Below, one piece after another: positions 1 through 8,888 of a stretch of 63,614 bases of DNA (position 1 is its first letter; each line of letters starts with the position of its first letter). Source of the DNA: a virus. Lineage: Duplodnaviria; Caudoviricetes. The stretch spans positions 1 through 63,614 of the IMG/VR virus record IMGVR_UViG_3300028027_000062; one strand, given 5' to 3'. The notes beneath the pieces are model-generated. The model saw nothing but the letters and a program-made list of their open reading frames with translations, was not told where the DNA came from and did not search any database. Position numbers and translations under genes: made by a program.

Positions 1-195
1 GTCATAGTCCTTAACATCAATCTCAATTGTCTCACCAGCTACAAATTCTTTGTAGGATGTGAAGTAGTAGGTTTTCTGTGTTTGTAGTCCTAAAACTGCA
101 TCTACAAAAATACCTCTGATCTTAACATTAAACTTTGCTACTCCCTGATAATCCTTACCAGGTTTAGCGTGAATGATTTCATACTTTGTTTTCAT
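1..195 (-). CDS. Hypothetical protein, runs off the left edge (MKTKYEIIHAKPGKDYQGVAKFNVKIRG...)
   Basis: Manual translation: ATG at 195-193, open for 65 codons to the window edge. Not in the supplied ORF track. Confidence 0.7.
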   Translation of the reverse strand, partial: MKTKYEIIHAKPGKDYQGVAKFNVKIRGIFVDAVLGLQTQKTYYFTSYKEFVAGETIEIDVKDYD

Positions 196-305
196 GTGTG
201 AACCGGTATAACGGTATAATTAGGAAAGTGGGGGACTTTTGTTGTGGCTATCAAACCCTCATAAACTTTAAAAACTTTAAAATAAAAAATTTTAAAAAAA
301 ATTAT

Positions 306-340
306 AAAAAAATACCTCTCAAGTATGACTTAAGAGGTAT
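306..340 (-). terminator. Intrinsic terminator, minus strand
   Basis: 13-bp inverted repeat at 312-324/328-340. Its single mismatch is a G-U pair only on the minus strand. Followed by a U-run on the minus strand. Confidence 0.7.
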
Positions 341-399
341 CTATGATTAAAAAAACAAAAACATGAAAATCTCCTATTGCTAGGATCATTTATGAAGTG

Positions 400-407
400 C
401 AAAGATA
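400..407 (-). promoter_or_regulatory. Bacteroidota-type -7 promoter element (TATCTTTG)
   Basis: Matches TAnnTTTG in an intergenic region and points toward the terminator at 312-340. Confidence 0.55.
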
Positions 408-446
408 TAAAAGAAAAATACCTATCTTTAACTTTTTAAATAACAA

Positions 447-815
447 ATGGAAAATAAATATTATACACCTACAATAGAAGAGTTTCATGTAGGATTTGAG
501 TATGAAGATAGAGGATTGTATGGAAAAAATGAGTGGACTAAATTGATTGTTAGTACTCAACATTCTTTAGAAGAAACAGAATACATTTTACAAACTAATA
601 GAATAAGAGTTAAATACTTAGATTCCTCAGATATAAAATCTTTAGGATTTACTCAAATAGGCTATGATAGTTATGAAAAGAGTAATTGGTTTATAGATTT
701 AGATGAAAAACAATTAATATTTATCTACTCACAAACAGGTAAAGTTTACTTTCAAGGAAATATTAAAAACATATCTGAGTTAAGAGTTATCCTCAAACAA
801 CTTAATATATCTTAA
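447..815 (+). CDS. Hypothetical phage protein
   Basis: 122-aa ORF with an A-rich leader. The N-terminus KYYTPTIEEFHVGFEYE recalls Bacteroidota phage proteins. Confidence 0.8.
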   Translation: MENKYYTPTIEEFHVGFEYEDRGLYGKNEWTKLIVSTQHSLEETEYILQTNRIRVKYLDSSDIKSLGFTQIGYDSYEKSNWFIDLDEKQLIFIYSQTGKVYFQGNIKNISELRVILKQLNIS

Positions 816-842
816 AAAGAAAAACCCTAGCTTAACTAGGGT
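814..842 (-). terminator. Intrinsic terminator (possibly bidirectional)
   Basis: Hairpin ACCCTAG-cttaa-CTAGGGT at 824-842 with a U-run on the minus strand. Confidence 0.65.
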
Positions 843-932
843 ATCTTGCTCTGTATGTTACAGAGTCAGTCTTAATTCTTAAGAATAGGGATATGCTTAA
901 TACTTAAATTTATAATTAAGTTATTTAATTAA

Positions 933-939
933 TTATACG
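933..939 (-). promoter_or_regulatory. CGTATAA element, minus-strand copy
   Basis: TTATACG on the plus strand; same heptamer found upstream of many late genes. Confidence 0.45.
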
Positions 940-979
940 AGGAATTCTTGACATTAGTTCTACTTTTTAAGAAATATTT

Positions 980-1252
980 TTATTTATTTAATTCTAAACT
1001 ATTATCTTCTTTTTCTAAATTTTTAAAATTACATTCTAATGAAAACTTATTTATTAAATACTTATTTTTTACCAAGGTATAAGAAGCTAAAGTATATTGA
1101 TTTTTTGATATTCCTTGTACAGCCCAATTTCCTTTAATAATACAAAAAATAGTATAACCAGAATAATATTTTTCTACAATTCTATCTTTAATAAATTGAG
1201 TATAATTATCAAATAAAACATCTAATTCTTTTTTTAAGTTTTTATCACTCAT
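980..1252 (-). CDS. Hypothetical protein
   Basis: 90-aa ORF, very AT-rich. Confidence 0.6.
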   Translation of the reverse strand: MSDKNLKKELDVLFDNYTQFIKDRIVEKYYSGYTIFCIIKGNWAVQGISKNQYTLASYTLVKNKYLINKFSLECNFKNLEKEDNSLELNK

Positions 1253-1400
1253 AATCTTCTTTTTTACTTACCTTACTGTAACCTAGAGCTTTATACTTCT
1301 CTTCTTTTATTAAATTTTTTATTTCTTTATGCTCCAATTCTTTCTTGATCTTCTTGGAGAGCTTCTTGTCCTCCTTCCAAGGTCTGTTCTTGTTTCCCAT
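1245..1400 (-). CDS. Small basic hypothetical protein (51 aa, MGNKNRPWKEDKKLSKK...)
   Basis: Manual translation. Fills the gap between ORFs 1327-1551 and 980-1252, and its stop overlaps the next start (ATGAGTGA). Below the ORF-track size cutoff. Confidence 0.4.
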   Translation of the reverse strand: MGNKNRPWKEDKKLSKKIKKELEHKEIKNLIKEEKYKALGYSKVSKKEDYE

Positions 1401-1551
1401 AATGATCTAGTAATGCTTTAATTTTTTGCATAGTTTGTTGTGTTCCCTCTTCTCCCTTAATACTATCTAAGAAAGTTTTATTCTTCTTTAAGAAAAGTTT
1501 ATACTCCTTCTCTCTTTCTTTTTCTAATTTTCTCCTGTATTGTCTATTCAT
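1327..1551 (-). CDS. Hypothetical protein
   Basis: 74-aa ORF. The MNRQYRRK start is typical of small phage proteins. Confidence 0.65.
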   Translation of the reverse strand: MNRQYRRKLEKEREKEYKLFLKKNKTFLDSIKGEEGTQQTMQKIKALLDHYGKQEQTLEGGQEALQEDQERIGA

Positions 1552-1565
1552 AAAATTTATTCTCT

Positions 1566-1573
1566 TATATTTG
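1566..1573 (+). promoter_or_regulatory. Bacteroidota-type -7 promoter element (TATATTTG)
   Basis: TAnnTTTG consensus 18 nt upstream of ATG 1592, at the head of the plus-strand operon. Confidence 0.6.
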
Positions 1574-1591
1574 CAAGTATAATATAATTTT

Positions 1592-2110
1592 ATGAAAGAA
1601 CAAATAAAAAATTTAAGAATTAAGATTGATGCTTTAGCTCAATTAACTAAAGAGTTAAAACCAGTGTCTACTTCAAAATGGGTAAATCCTAATGAGTATT
1701 ATGTTTACATGGATAATTCACAAGAAATTAATAAAGCTGTAGATTCATTATACTTAGCTAAAGCTTGGTTGGGTAAAGTATTAGGAGAATTAGGAAATGA
1801 AAATCCTTATGGCTCAGGATATAAAACTAAAGAAGATATTGTACCTACACAGGATGTAGCTAAAGAAACTACAGATTTTCCATTAGCTCCTGATAATTGG
1901 AGTACAGGAATACTTCAAATATCTCACATTGAGAAGGTAGATTGGTTAAGAACTGAGATTGAAAAACTAGTTAAAGAAGTAATGCTTTTTAAAAGTGAAA
2001 CTCACACTGTTAGTTATATTGCTAGTATTGCTACTACTTCCTCATATAATAACTTATGTGAAGCTAGATTTTGGTTAGGGTTTGAGATGGAAAGAATTAA
2101 AAATAATTAA
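1592..2110 (+). CDS. Hypothetical phage protein with an internal helical duplication
   Basis: 172-aa ORF. LYLAKAWLGKVLGEL is echoed by LCEARFWLGFEMERI. Confidence 0.8.
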   Translation: MKEQIKNLRIKIDALAQLTKELKPVSTSKWVNPNEYYVYMDNSQEINKAVDSLYLAKAWLGKVLGELGNENPYGSGYKTKEDIVPTQDVAKETTDFPLAPDNWSTGILQISHIEKVDWLRTEIEKLVKEVMLFKSETHTVSYIASIATTSSYNNLCEARFWLGFEMERIKNN

Positions 2111-2114
2111 TATT

Positions 2115-2513
2115 ATGAAACAAATAAAATTAAAACTACTTGTATTTGAAGATTCTCTTAAAGATTCTAAAGGCAAAGCTATTACACATGATATTGCTGA
2201 TATGTTGAGAGAGGCTGGAGAAGATGTTATTGAGGGTGAAAGTTTATCTTATAAGGATATAGTATTTGCTTTTAATACCTTACCTCCATTTATTCTTATA
2301 GGAGATCAGTCATCTCCTCTTATTTCTCATAAGTTTACTATTATGCAAGGCTTAACTGAGGATATTATGTTTAACTTCTTAGAAACTCCTGAGGAGATAA
2401 TGCTTCTTATTAATGATGCTGAAGAGAAACAACTTAGTAAAGAACTTAACTCCCTTCAATTAGAAATCCCTTTTAGTAATGGAAAAACAGAGATTAATAG
2501 CAGTGAAGGGTGA
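2115..2513 (+). CDS. Hypothetical protein
   Basis: ORF 2082-2513. ATG 2115, just after the upstream stop, is the more likely start. Confidence 0.75.
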   Translation: MKQIKLKLLVFEDSLKDSKGKAITHDIADMLREAGEDVIEGESLSYKDIVFAFNTLPPFILIGDQSSPLISHKFTIMQGLTEDIMFNFLETPEEIMLLINDAEEKQLSKELNSLQLEIPFSNGKTEINSSEG

Positions 2514-2817
2514 TTCTTATCACAACTATATGAAGGTTATGTCTCTTAATTTTAACCTTACTGAGACAGAGATAAAGGTAGCTGCTGAGTTATTAAGGGA
2601 GTATGAAACCTTTCAGGAACAAAGTACACCTGAGATTGCATGGGAATTACTCAACTCTCCTAAGACTAATAAGAGAATTAAGGATAAACTCTTCTTAAAA
2701 GATGCTTCTTATAATAATATTAAGACTTCTTTGAAAAAGAAAGGACTCCTTACTACTTCTGGCTTTAAGAATGGTATTTACTTAGCAGATATTAAATTTA
2801 TTTTTAGTGAAGCTTAA
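2479..2817 (+). CDS. Putative winged-helix DNA-binding protein
   Basis: Pattern LTETEIKV...IKDKL...ASYNNIKTSLKKKGLL resembles a wHTH. Confidence 0.6.
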   Translation: MEKQRLIAVKGDSYHNYMKVMSLNFNLTETEIKVAAELLREYETFQEQSTPEIAWELLNSPKTNKRIKDKLFLKDASYNNIKTSLKKKGLLTTSGFKNGIYLADIKFIFSEA

Positions 2818-3034
2818 CCTTATTATTAAGGAAGTTGCTGATAATCTACAACTTCCGTACAAGGATGTTAATACTGTGATTAAGTTTGCTTTTTTAGCTA
2901 CCTCTAAACAGATGAAGGATAGAAGTCCTAAGATAACTATAAGATACCTTGGGACTTTTATTAGAAAACTCTCTAAAAGAGACACTTATAAGAAATATTT
3001 ACAACTAAAAGATGAAATTAATAGATATAAATAG
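2807..3034 (+). CDS. HU/IHF-like DNA-binding protein
   Basis: IIKEVADNLQL..KDV..VI and ITIRYLGTF match the HU/IHF fold pattern. Such genes are typical of crAss-like capsid modules. Confidence 0.7.
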   Translation: MKLNLIIKEVADNLQLPYKDVNTVIKFAFLATSKQMKDRSPKITIRYLGTFIRKLSKRDTYKKYLQLKDEINRYK

Positions 3035-3530
3035 TGCTACTGTAACCTTACATGAGGCTTGCCTCTTAGTTCCGGAGTTTAAAGCATTGTATGAGAAGAA
3101 TAAGAAGGATAATGGTATACAAGCCTTTAAGTATGTATATCTTTTTGCTGATTATAACTCTCCTTATAGAGCTTATGATGAGGAACAGAAGATAGCAGCC
3201 TTAAATAAGGATTTAAATATGGCTCTAACTCAAGAACTTAAGGATGCTATTGAGAAATATAAAGATTTGAATTACACTTTTAATATGAGGTATCTACAAG
3301 ATGCTATTCATGCTGCCAATCAGACTAGAGCTTACTTTAGAAATGTAAATTATGCACTCTTAGACGCTAAAGGTAATCCTGTTTATAGAGTTAAGGAGGT
3401 TACTGATGCACTTAAGAATACTTTACAAGTAATTACTACACTAGAAGGCTTAAAAGAGAAGGTAGAATCTGAGAATGTAGCACAAAATAAGGTTAGAGCA
3501 GGAGCAAAAATTAATAAATGGGAACAATAA
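3012..3530 (+). CDS. Conserved protein upstream of terminase (terminase small subunit candidate)
   Basis: 172-aa helical protein with YVYLFADYNSPY motif, positioned ahead of TerL. Confidence 0.55.
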   Translation: MKLIDINSATVTLHEACLLVPEFKALYEKNKKDNGIQAFKYVYLFADYNSPYRAYDEEQKIAALNKDLNMALTQELKDAIEKYKDLNYTFNMRYLQDAIHAANQTRAYFRNVNYALLDAKGNPVYRVKEVTDALKNTLQVITTLEGLKEKVESENVAQNKVRAGAKINKWEQ

Positions 3531-3531
3531 G

Positions 3532-4164
3532 ATGAGGAAAAAAAATATAGGTAATGTAAACAATATTCCTAAAGATTGGACAGGTGTAACTTTAAATAAT
3601 GTTAAAGTTATATCACTACATTCTATTGTAAAAAATTATACAAATAAAGGAAAAACTCAAAATATATATAAATGGAATGCAATTTGTTTAAATTGTAATA
3701 AAGAATTTATTGTACCTAGTAGTTATTTAAATAGTAATGCTAAATCTTGTGGTTGTAAATTAAAAGAACACAGAGAAGAATTTGGTAAAAAATTTGCAGG
3801 GACTAATAAACTTAATGATGGAGAATCTGGTTTTAATATATTATATAATGATTATGTAAGAAGTGCTAATAGACGAAACTTTCAATTTAATATTACTGTA
3901 GAAAAATTTAGAGAATTAACAAAATCAAATTGTCATTATTGTGGTGAAGCTCCTTGTAAAATAAGTTATGATAGTAGTAGTAAAAAAACTACAGGATATA
4001 TATTTAATGGATTAGATAGAAAAGATTCTAAAGTAGGGTATATTGAAAAAAATGTTCTTCCTTGTTGTAGTATTTGTAATTATGCAAAAAGAAGTATGAG
4101 TTATAATGATTATATTAATCATATAAAAAAATCAGCAATTCATTTAATTAAAAATGATAAGTAA
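3532..4164 (+). CDS. HNH-type homing endonuclease
   Basis: Motifs ClnC..KSCGC, CHYCG, NGLDRKDS..GY...NVLPCC..CN. More AT-rich than its neighbours. Confidence 0.85.
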   Translation: MRKKNIGNVNNIPKDWTGVTLNNVKVISLHSIVKNYTNKGKTQNIYKWNAICLNCNKEFIVPSSYLNSNAKSCGCKLKEHREEFGKKFAGTNKLNDGESGFNILYNDYVRSANRRNFQFNITVEKFRELTKSNCHYCGEAPCKISYDSSSKKTTGYIFNGLDRKDSKVGYIEKNVLPCCSICNYAKRSMSYNDYINHIKKSAIHLIKNDK

Positions 4165-6208
4165 CAGTATACGTTCAAAAAATGGTATATGGATAAACAC
4201 TGAACCTTTTAGAGAGGCAGGTAATAACTTTATTACTACTGGTAGATATACTGATGCTCTTCCTGGAACTCTAGAATTTGATAGATTCTGGGATCAGGAA
4301 TATACTAGGTGTATGGAAGGTTATGAAGTCTCTGGTGCTAAGATTACTGGTAAACATTACTTTTATTTAAACTATTGCCTCATTAATAAGGTAAACTTAA
4401 CTGATGATAACAGAGGTAAGAGAAAGGTATCTAAGGGTTTCTTACTTCCTGACTTTTGGGATGGTGATTATGAGTACTTCTGGTTCTTAGAGATAGCAGA
4501 GAATGGTATAGATCCAGCTCTTCTTCCATCTTTGCATCTAAATAATAAAGTACTCTGGACAGAGGGAGGTAAGAGTATGATAGTAGGTAAGGCAAGAAGA
4601 AGAGGTTTTTCTTATAAGAATGCTGCTACTATTGCATGGGAATATACCTTTATTAAGAAATCTCTTACTCTAGTTGCTGCTTATGATAAGAAGTATCTAT
4701 TCTCAGAGATTGGTATCTTTACTAAGGTTATGGATATGCTCAATCACCTCAATACTAATTGTCCTGCTTTTAAGAGAAGCAGGCTTGTTAATAAAGTAGC
4801 TGATGGTAGAATTAAGAGTGGTTATATAGAGTATACTGATGATGGTACAGAGTTAGCTAAAGGGCATCAAAGTTCTATTACTTGTGTATCCTTTATGAAT
4901 AATCCTGATGCTGCAAGGGGTGCTGATGCTAGTAAAATTATTGTAGAAGAAGCTGGTACTTTCATTAATTGGAATGAGAGTTACTATGCTATGGAACCTT
5001 CTATTAAGGCTGGTGATTATTATACAGGTATGATGATTGTCTTTGGTACTGGTGGTGATATGGATGCTGGTACTATTGACTTTGCAGAAATGTATTATAA
5101 TCCTGATAATTATAATATGATGCCCTTTGAGAATGTATGGGATGAGGATGGATTAAGAGATAAGAGTGCAGGTTTCTTCTTTCCTATGTATCAGAACTAT
5201 GAGGGAGCTTATGATAAGAATGGTAACTCAGATATACCTAAAGCTAAAGAACTCTTATCTAAACTTAGGGAGAATAAGAAAGCTAAAGCAAAGAGTCCTG
5301 ATGAGTATTTAAGACATACTACTGAGTATGCTTGGTCACCTTCTGAGGCTTTTCAAATTATCTCTAATAATGTATTTCCTACAGAAGATCTAAGAAGACA
5401 GTTAGGGTTATGTATGACTAAAGATGAGTATAAAGGTATCTGTGGTAGAATGTCTTATGATAGTAATGGTAATCCAGAGTTTGTACCAGATCTCTCCTTA
5501 AGACCACTTGAGTATAGAGATAAGACCTTAGATAAGAGTGGTTGTATACAGATATGGGAGAAACCAACTATAGGTGTCTCGTATAATTTATATACTGGAG
5601 GATTAGATCCATATGCTACTGATGAAGCTAATTATAGTGATTCTTTAGGCTCACTATTTATCTTTAAGAGGTATGCTATAGGTGAGGAAACTCATGATCT
5701 TCCAGTTGCTGAGTATACAGGTAGACCACAGAACTTTAAAGAGTTTTATGATCAATGTATACTCTTAATTGAGTACTATAATGCAAGCTGTCTATATGAA
5801 AATAACATCAACAACTTTAAAACCCACTGTGAGAATAAACATAAATTGCATTTATTGTCCAGAACCCCAAGTATTGTCAAAGCTGCTTCTAACCAACACA
5901 CAAATACCTATGGGATCAGAGTTGTCGGCAATTCGTATTCCTCTGTTAAAAATGAACTTATCACTTATGTAAATAACTGGTTAAGAGAGGAGTATGAAGA
6001 TGGTAAGAGTAATGTTTATAAGATTAAGAGTGTAGGCTTACTACAGGAACTTATAACTTATAATAGTAGAGGTAACTTTGATAGATTTATCTCATTCTCT
6101 CTAGCTCTTATTAGAAGTATAGAATTAACTAGAATACAACCTGCTTTTAAAGACTCGTATAAGAGGAATGGTAGGGATTTCTTCTCATCCAAATTATTTA
6201 GTAACTAA
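4154..6208 (+). CDS. terL: Terminase large subunit
   Basis: ITGKHYFYLN, Walker A-like GKARRRGFS, Walker B IIVEEAG, VFGTGG coupling motif, RNase H-like GLDPY and C-terminal NFDR. Confidence 0.95.
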   Translation: MISNSIRSKNGIWINTEPFREAGNNFITTGRYTDALPGTLEFDRFWDQEYTRCMEGYEVSGAKITGKHYFYLNYCLINKVNLTDDNRGKRKVSKGFLLPDFWDGDYEYFWFLEIAENGIDPALLPSLHLNNKVLWTEGGKSMIVGKARRRGFSYKNAATIAWEYTFIKKSLTLVAAYDKKYLFSEIGIFTKVMDMLNHLNTNCPAFKRSRLVNKVADGRIKSGYIEYTDDGTELAKGHQSSITCVSFMNNPDAARGADASKIIVEEAGTFINWNESYYAMEPSIKAGDYYTGMMIVFGTGGDMDAGTIDFAEMYYNPDNYNMMPFENVWDEDGLRDKSAGFFFPMYQNYEGAYDKNGNSDIPKAKELLSKLRENKKAKAKSPDEYLRHTTEYAWSPSEAFQIISNNVFPTEDLRRQLGLCMTKDEYKGICGRMSYDSNGNPEFVPDLSLRPLEYRDKTLDKSGCIQIWEKPTIGVSYNLYTGGLDPYATDEANYSDSLGSLFIFKRYAIGEETHDLPVAEYTGRPQNFKEFYDQCILLIEYYNASCLYENNINNFKTHCENKHKLHLLSRTPSIVKAASNQHTNTYGIRVVGNSYSSVKNELITYVNNWLREEYEDGKSNVYKIKSVGLLQELITYNSRGNFDRFISFSLALIRSIELTRIQPAFKDSYKRNGRDFFSSKLFSN
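6156..6162 (+). promoter_or_regulatory. CGTATAA element upstream of portal
   Basis: Recurrent heptamer ~45 nt before ATG 6208. Confidence 0.55.
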
Positions 6209-8604
6209 TGATTCCACCTCTTCCAGAACAAAGGGTTCCCCAAGCAACTAAGAATACCTTAGATTGGCAAAAGAAATGTATTATAGCACTTGTAGGTAGA
6301 GCATACTCTAATCTCTCAGGAAGTAGAACTTCTAGAGAAGCTAAACAAATTAACTATGATCTCTTTAACTCAATTGTTAATATTGAAGATTTCTCTTATG
6401 TTACTAAGCCTTATGGTGTTGATATACATGATAGTATTGGGAATCTTCCAGCTAATTTCCAAGATTATAATATTGTGCGCTCTTCTGTTCTACAACTGGT
6501 TGGTGAAGAACTTAAGAGACCTTTTACATACAAAGTGGTCTCTACTGCAGGAGAAGGTTTTAATCAATATCTTAATGAGAAAAAAGAAGCATTAGAGTAT
6601 TCTTATCTTGCTATACTTAAAAATGCTCTTGGAGAAAAAACTGAAGCAGAAACTCCTGAAGAAGTAGAAAAATACTTTACTAATAATTATACTAATAATG
6701 TAGAAATTACTGCTAATAAGATACTTAACCATTTAGAGAAAGCTCTTAAACTTAAGAATCATTTTGTTAGAGGTTTTCAAAATGCACTTACTTGTGCAGA
6801 AGAAGTATATTATGCAGGTATCTTTAATAATGAACCTACCTTAATTCCTTGGAATCCAATACACTTTGAGTGTGATAAAAATCAAGACTCACTCTTTATT
6901 GAGGATTGTGATTGGGCAGTAGGTAGAATGTGGTTAGATAGAGGACAAATACTAGATTGGTTTGGAGACCGTCTTACTGATAAGGATAAGGAGAACTTAA
7001 GGAGTGCAGAAATCTTTAATGCTACTGCTTCTTATGGACAATCTCCAGAAGTTATTACTACTACTTATCCACATTATAACTATACTGGTACTAAAATTCT
7101 TATGCAACTTGTTACATGGAAAAGTGAAAAGAAGATTGGAACTCTTACATATGTTGATGAAAAAGGACAACCACAAACAAAAATAGTTGATGAAAACTTT
7201 AAGATTCCTGCAGACTTAAGGGGGCAAATGAAGGTAGAGTGGAATTGGATTCCTAGAACATGGATTGGAGTACAAATTGGACCAACAATATTCTTTGCTT
7301 ATGAAAGCCCCTATCAGTTTAATACTGTAGATAATCCTTATAAATGTAAACTACCTTTTATTGGTAGAATATTTAATAACATTAATAGTAAGCCTACGTC
7401 TCTTGTAGATCTTATTAAACCTTATCAATACTTATATAACATTATCTGGTACAGACTAGAGTTAGAGTTTGCTAAGGCAAAGGGTAAGAAGTTTGTAATG
7501 GATATTGCTCAGATACCAAAGAGTAAAGGATGGACAGTAGAGCAATGGATGTATTACTTTGATACTCTGGGTATTGCATTTGTAAACTCAGCAGAAGAAG
7601 GTAGAGAAGGAGATCCAAGCTCTGTATCTAAATTTAACCAGTTTACTGGTATAGATATGTCTCTCTCTAACTCTATACAAGGTTACTTCTCAATGCTTAA
7701 TAAAATTGAGGAAGCAGTAGAGAATATTACTGGTATCTCTAGACAAAGAAAGGGACAAATTAATTCTTCTGAGACTGTAGGAGGTGTAGAAAGATCTGTA
7801 GTACAAAGCAATGCCTTAACTGAGATATACTTTCATGAGCACTCTATGGTTAAGGAGAAAGTACTAGAACATCTCTTAGAAATAGCTAAAATAGCTTATG
7901 CTAATAATGAACAAGGCAAGTTAGTGTTTGATGAGTTCTCTAGAACAGTATTAAATACCAAATCATTACTTAATACAGACTTTGGATTATATGTATCTGA
8001 TAGTATTAAAGATAATTCTGTTCTTGAACAACTTAAGGGTCTTGCTAAGGAAGGTATTTCCTCTGGTACTTTACAGTTCTCTAACTTTGTTACTCTACTA
8101 AAATCTAACTCTATCTCTGAAGTAGAATCTTCTATTAAGCAATCTGAGGAAAGAAAGATGAAGATGCAGGAACAACAATCTGCTACTCAACAACAACAGA
8201 TTGAGAGTAATGAAAGAATTGCTAGAGAAAGAATGGATAGAGAAGAAGCTCAAAAACAACTTGATAGAGAAGCTAGACTTAGAGAAGCTGAGATTAGAGC
8301 ACTTGGTAACATTGGTATGAGTAATCCAGACATTAATCAAAATATGATTCCTGATGTAATGGAACAAACTAAAGTTGCCCTACAACAATCTAAACAACAG
8401 TTTGAGCAGGTTGAAAAACAACAAAAAATGGAACTTGAGAAAACTAAGATGCAAGTTCAACAAGAAATGCAAGCTAAGGAGAATGCTCAACAGAATAAAG
8501 TTCATGCTGATAATATGAGGTTAGAACAACAAAAGCTTGCACTTAAGAAAGAAGAGATAGCTATTAAGAAGAAAGCTCTTAAATATAAACCTAAAAGTAA
8601 ATAA
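6208..8604 (+). CDS. Portal protein
   Basis: 798 aa directly after terL. LPEQRVP start, SLVDLIKPYQYLYNII, TGISRQRKG and a C-terminal coiled coil fit crAss-like portals. Confidence 0.92.
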   Translation: MIPPLPEQRVPQATKNTLDWQKKCIIALVGRAYSNLSGSRTSREAKQINYDLFNSIVNIEDFSYVTKPYGVDIHDSIGNLPANFQDYNIVRSSVLQLVGEELKRPFTYKVVSTAGEGFNQYLNEKKEALEYSYLAILKNALGEKTEAETPEEVEKYFTNNYTNNVEITANKILNHLEKALKLKNHFVRGFQNALTCAEEVYYAGIFNNEPTLIPWNPIHFECDKNQDSLFIEDCDWAVGRMWLDRGQILDWFGDRLTDKDKENLRSAEIFNATASYGQSPEVITTTYPHYNYTGTKILMQLVTWKSEKKIGTLTYVDEKGQPQTKIVDENFKIPADLRGQMKVEWNWIPRTWIGVQIGPTIFFAYESPYQFNTVDNPYKCKLPFIGRIFNNINSKPTSLVDLIKPYQYLYNIIWYRLELEFAKAKGKKFVMDIAQIPKSKGWTVEQWMYYFDTLGIAFVNSAEEGREGDPSSVSKFNQFTGIDMSLSNSIQGYFSMLNKIEEAVENITGISRQRKGQINSSETVGGVERSVVQSNALTEIYFHEHSMVKEKVLEHLLEIAKIAYANNEQGKLVFDEFSRTVLNTKSLLNTDFGLYVSDSIKDNSVLEQLKGLAKEGISSGTLQFSNFVTLLKSNSISEVESSIKQSEERKMKMQEQQSATQQQQIESNERIARERMDREEAQKQLDREARLREAEIRALGNIGMSNPDINQNMIPDVMEQTKVALQQSKQQFEQVEKQQKMELEKTKMQVQQEMQAKENAQQNKVHADNMRLEQQKLALKKEEIAIKKKALKYKPKSK

Positions 8605-8611
8605 CGTATAA
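8605..8611 (+). promoter_or_regulatory. CGTATAA element
   Basis: Intergenic, 17 nt before ATG 8629. Confidence 0.6.
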
Positions 8612-8628
8612 AATTAAAAACATAAAAT

Positions 8629-8883
8629 ATGCCTAACTCAGTAAAGAAAGAGGAAGTAGAACAGGTAGTAGAAACTGTAACTCCTGTAGTAGAAGAAGTA
8701 GTACCTGTAGTAGAAATTCCTGTAGAAGTTAAACCTTCTTTTAATAAAGAAGAAATTGTAGCTAAACTTGCAGAGTTAGCTTCTATCTTTAGAACTATGT
8801 ATGGAGAACAATTGAATCCTGTATTTGCAGAGATTCATAAGTCTTTATCTAATGCACAGTATAAAATTATGCAAAACCTTTAA
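8629..8883 (+). CDS. Hypothetical protein with a Glu/Val/Pro-rich N-terminus
   Basis: 84-aa ORF with a good A-rich start context. Confidence 0.75.
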   Translation: MPNSVKKEEVEQVVETVTPVVEEVVPVVEIPVEVKPSFNKEEIVAKLAELASIFRTMYGEQLNPVFAEIHKSLSNAQYKIMQNL

Positions 8884-8888
8884 TAGAT

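Noticed and set aside
364-384. Plus-strand mini-ORF MKISYC with a good start context
   Set aside because: Only six codons. The surrounding promoter, G-U pairing and U-tail all favour a minus-strand transcript, though a leader peptide cannot be fully excluded.
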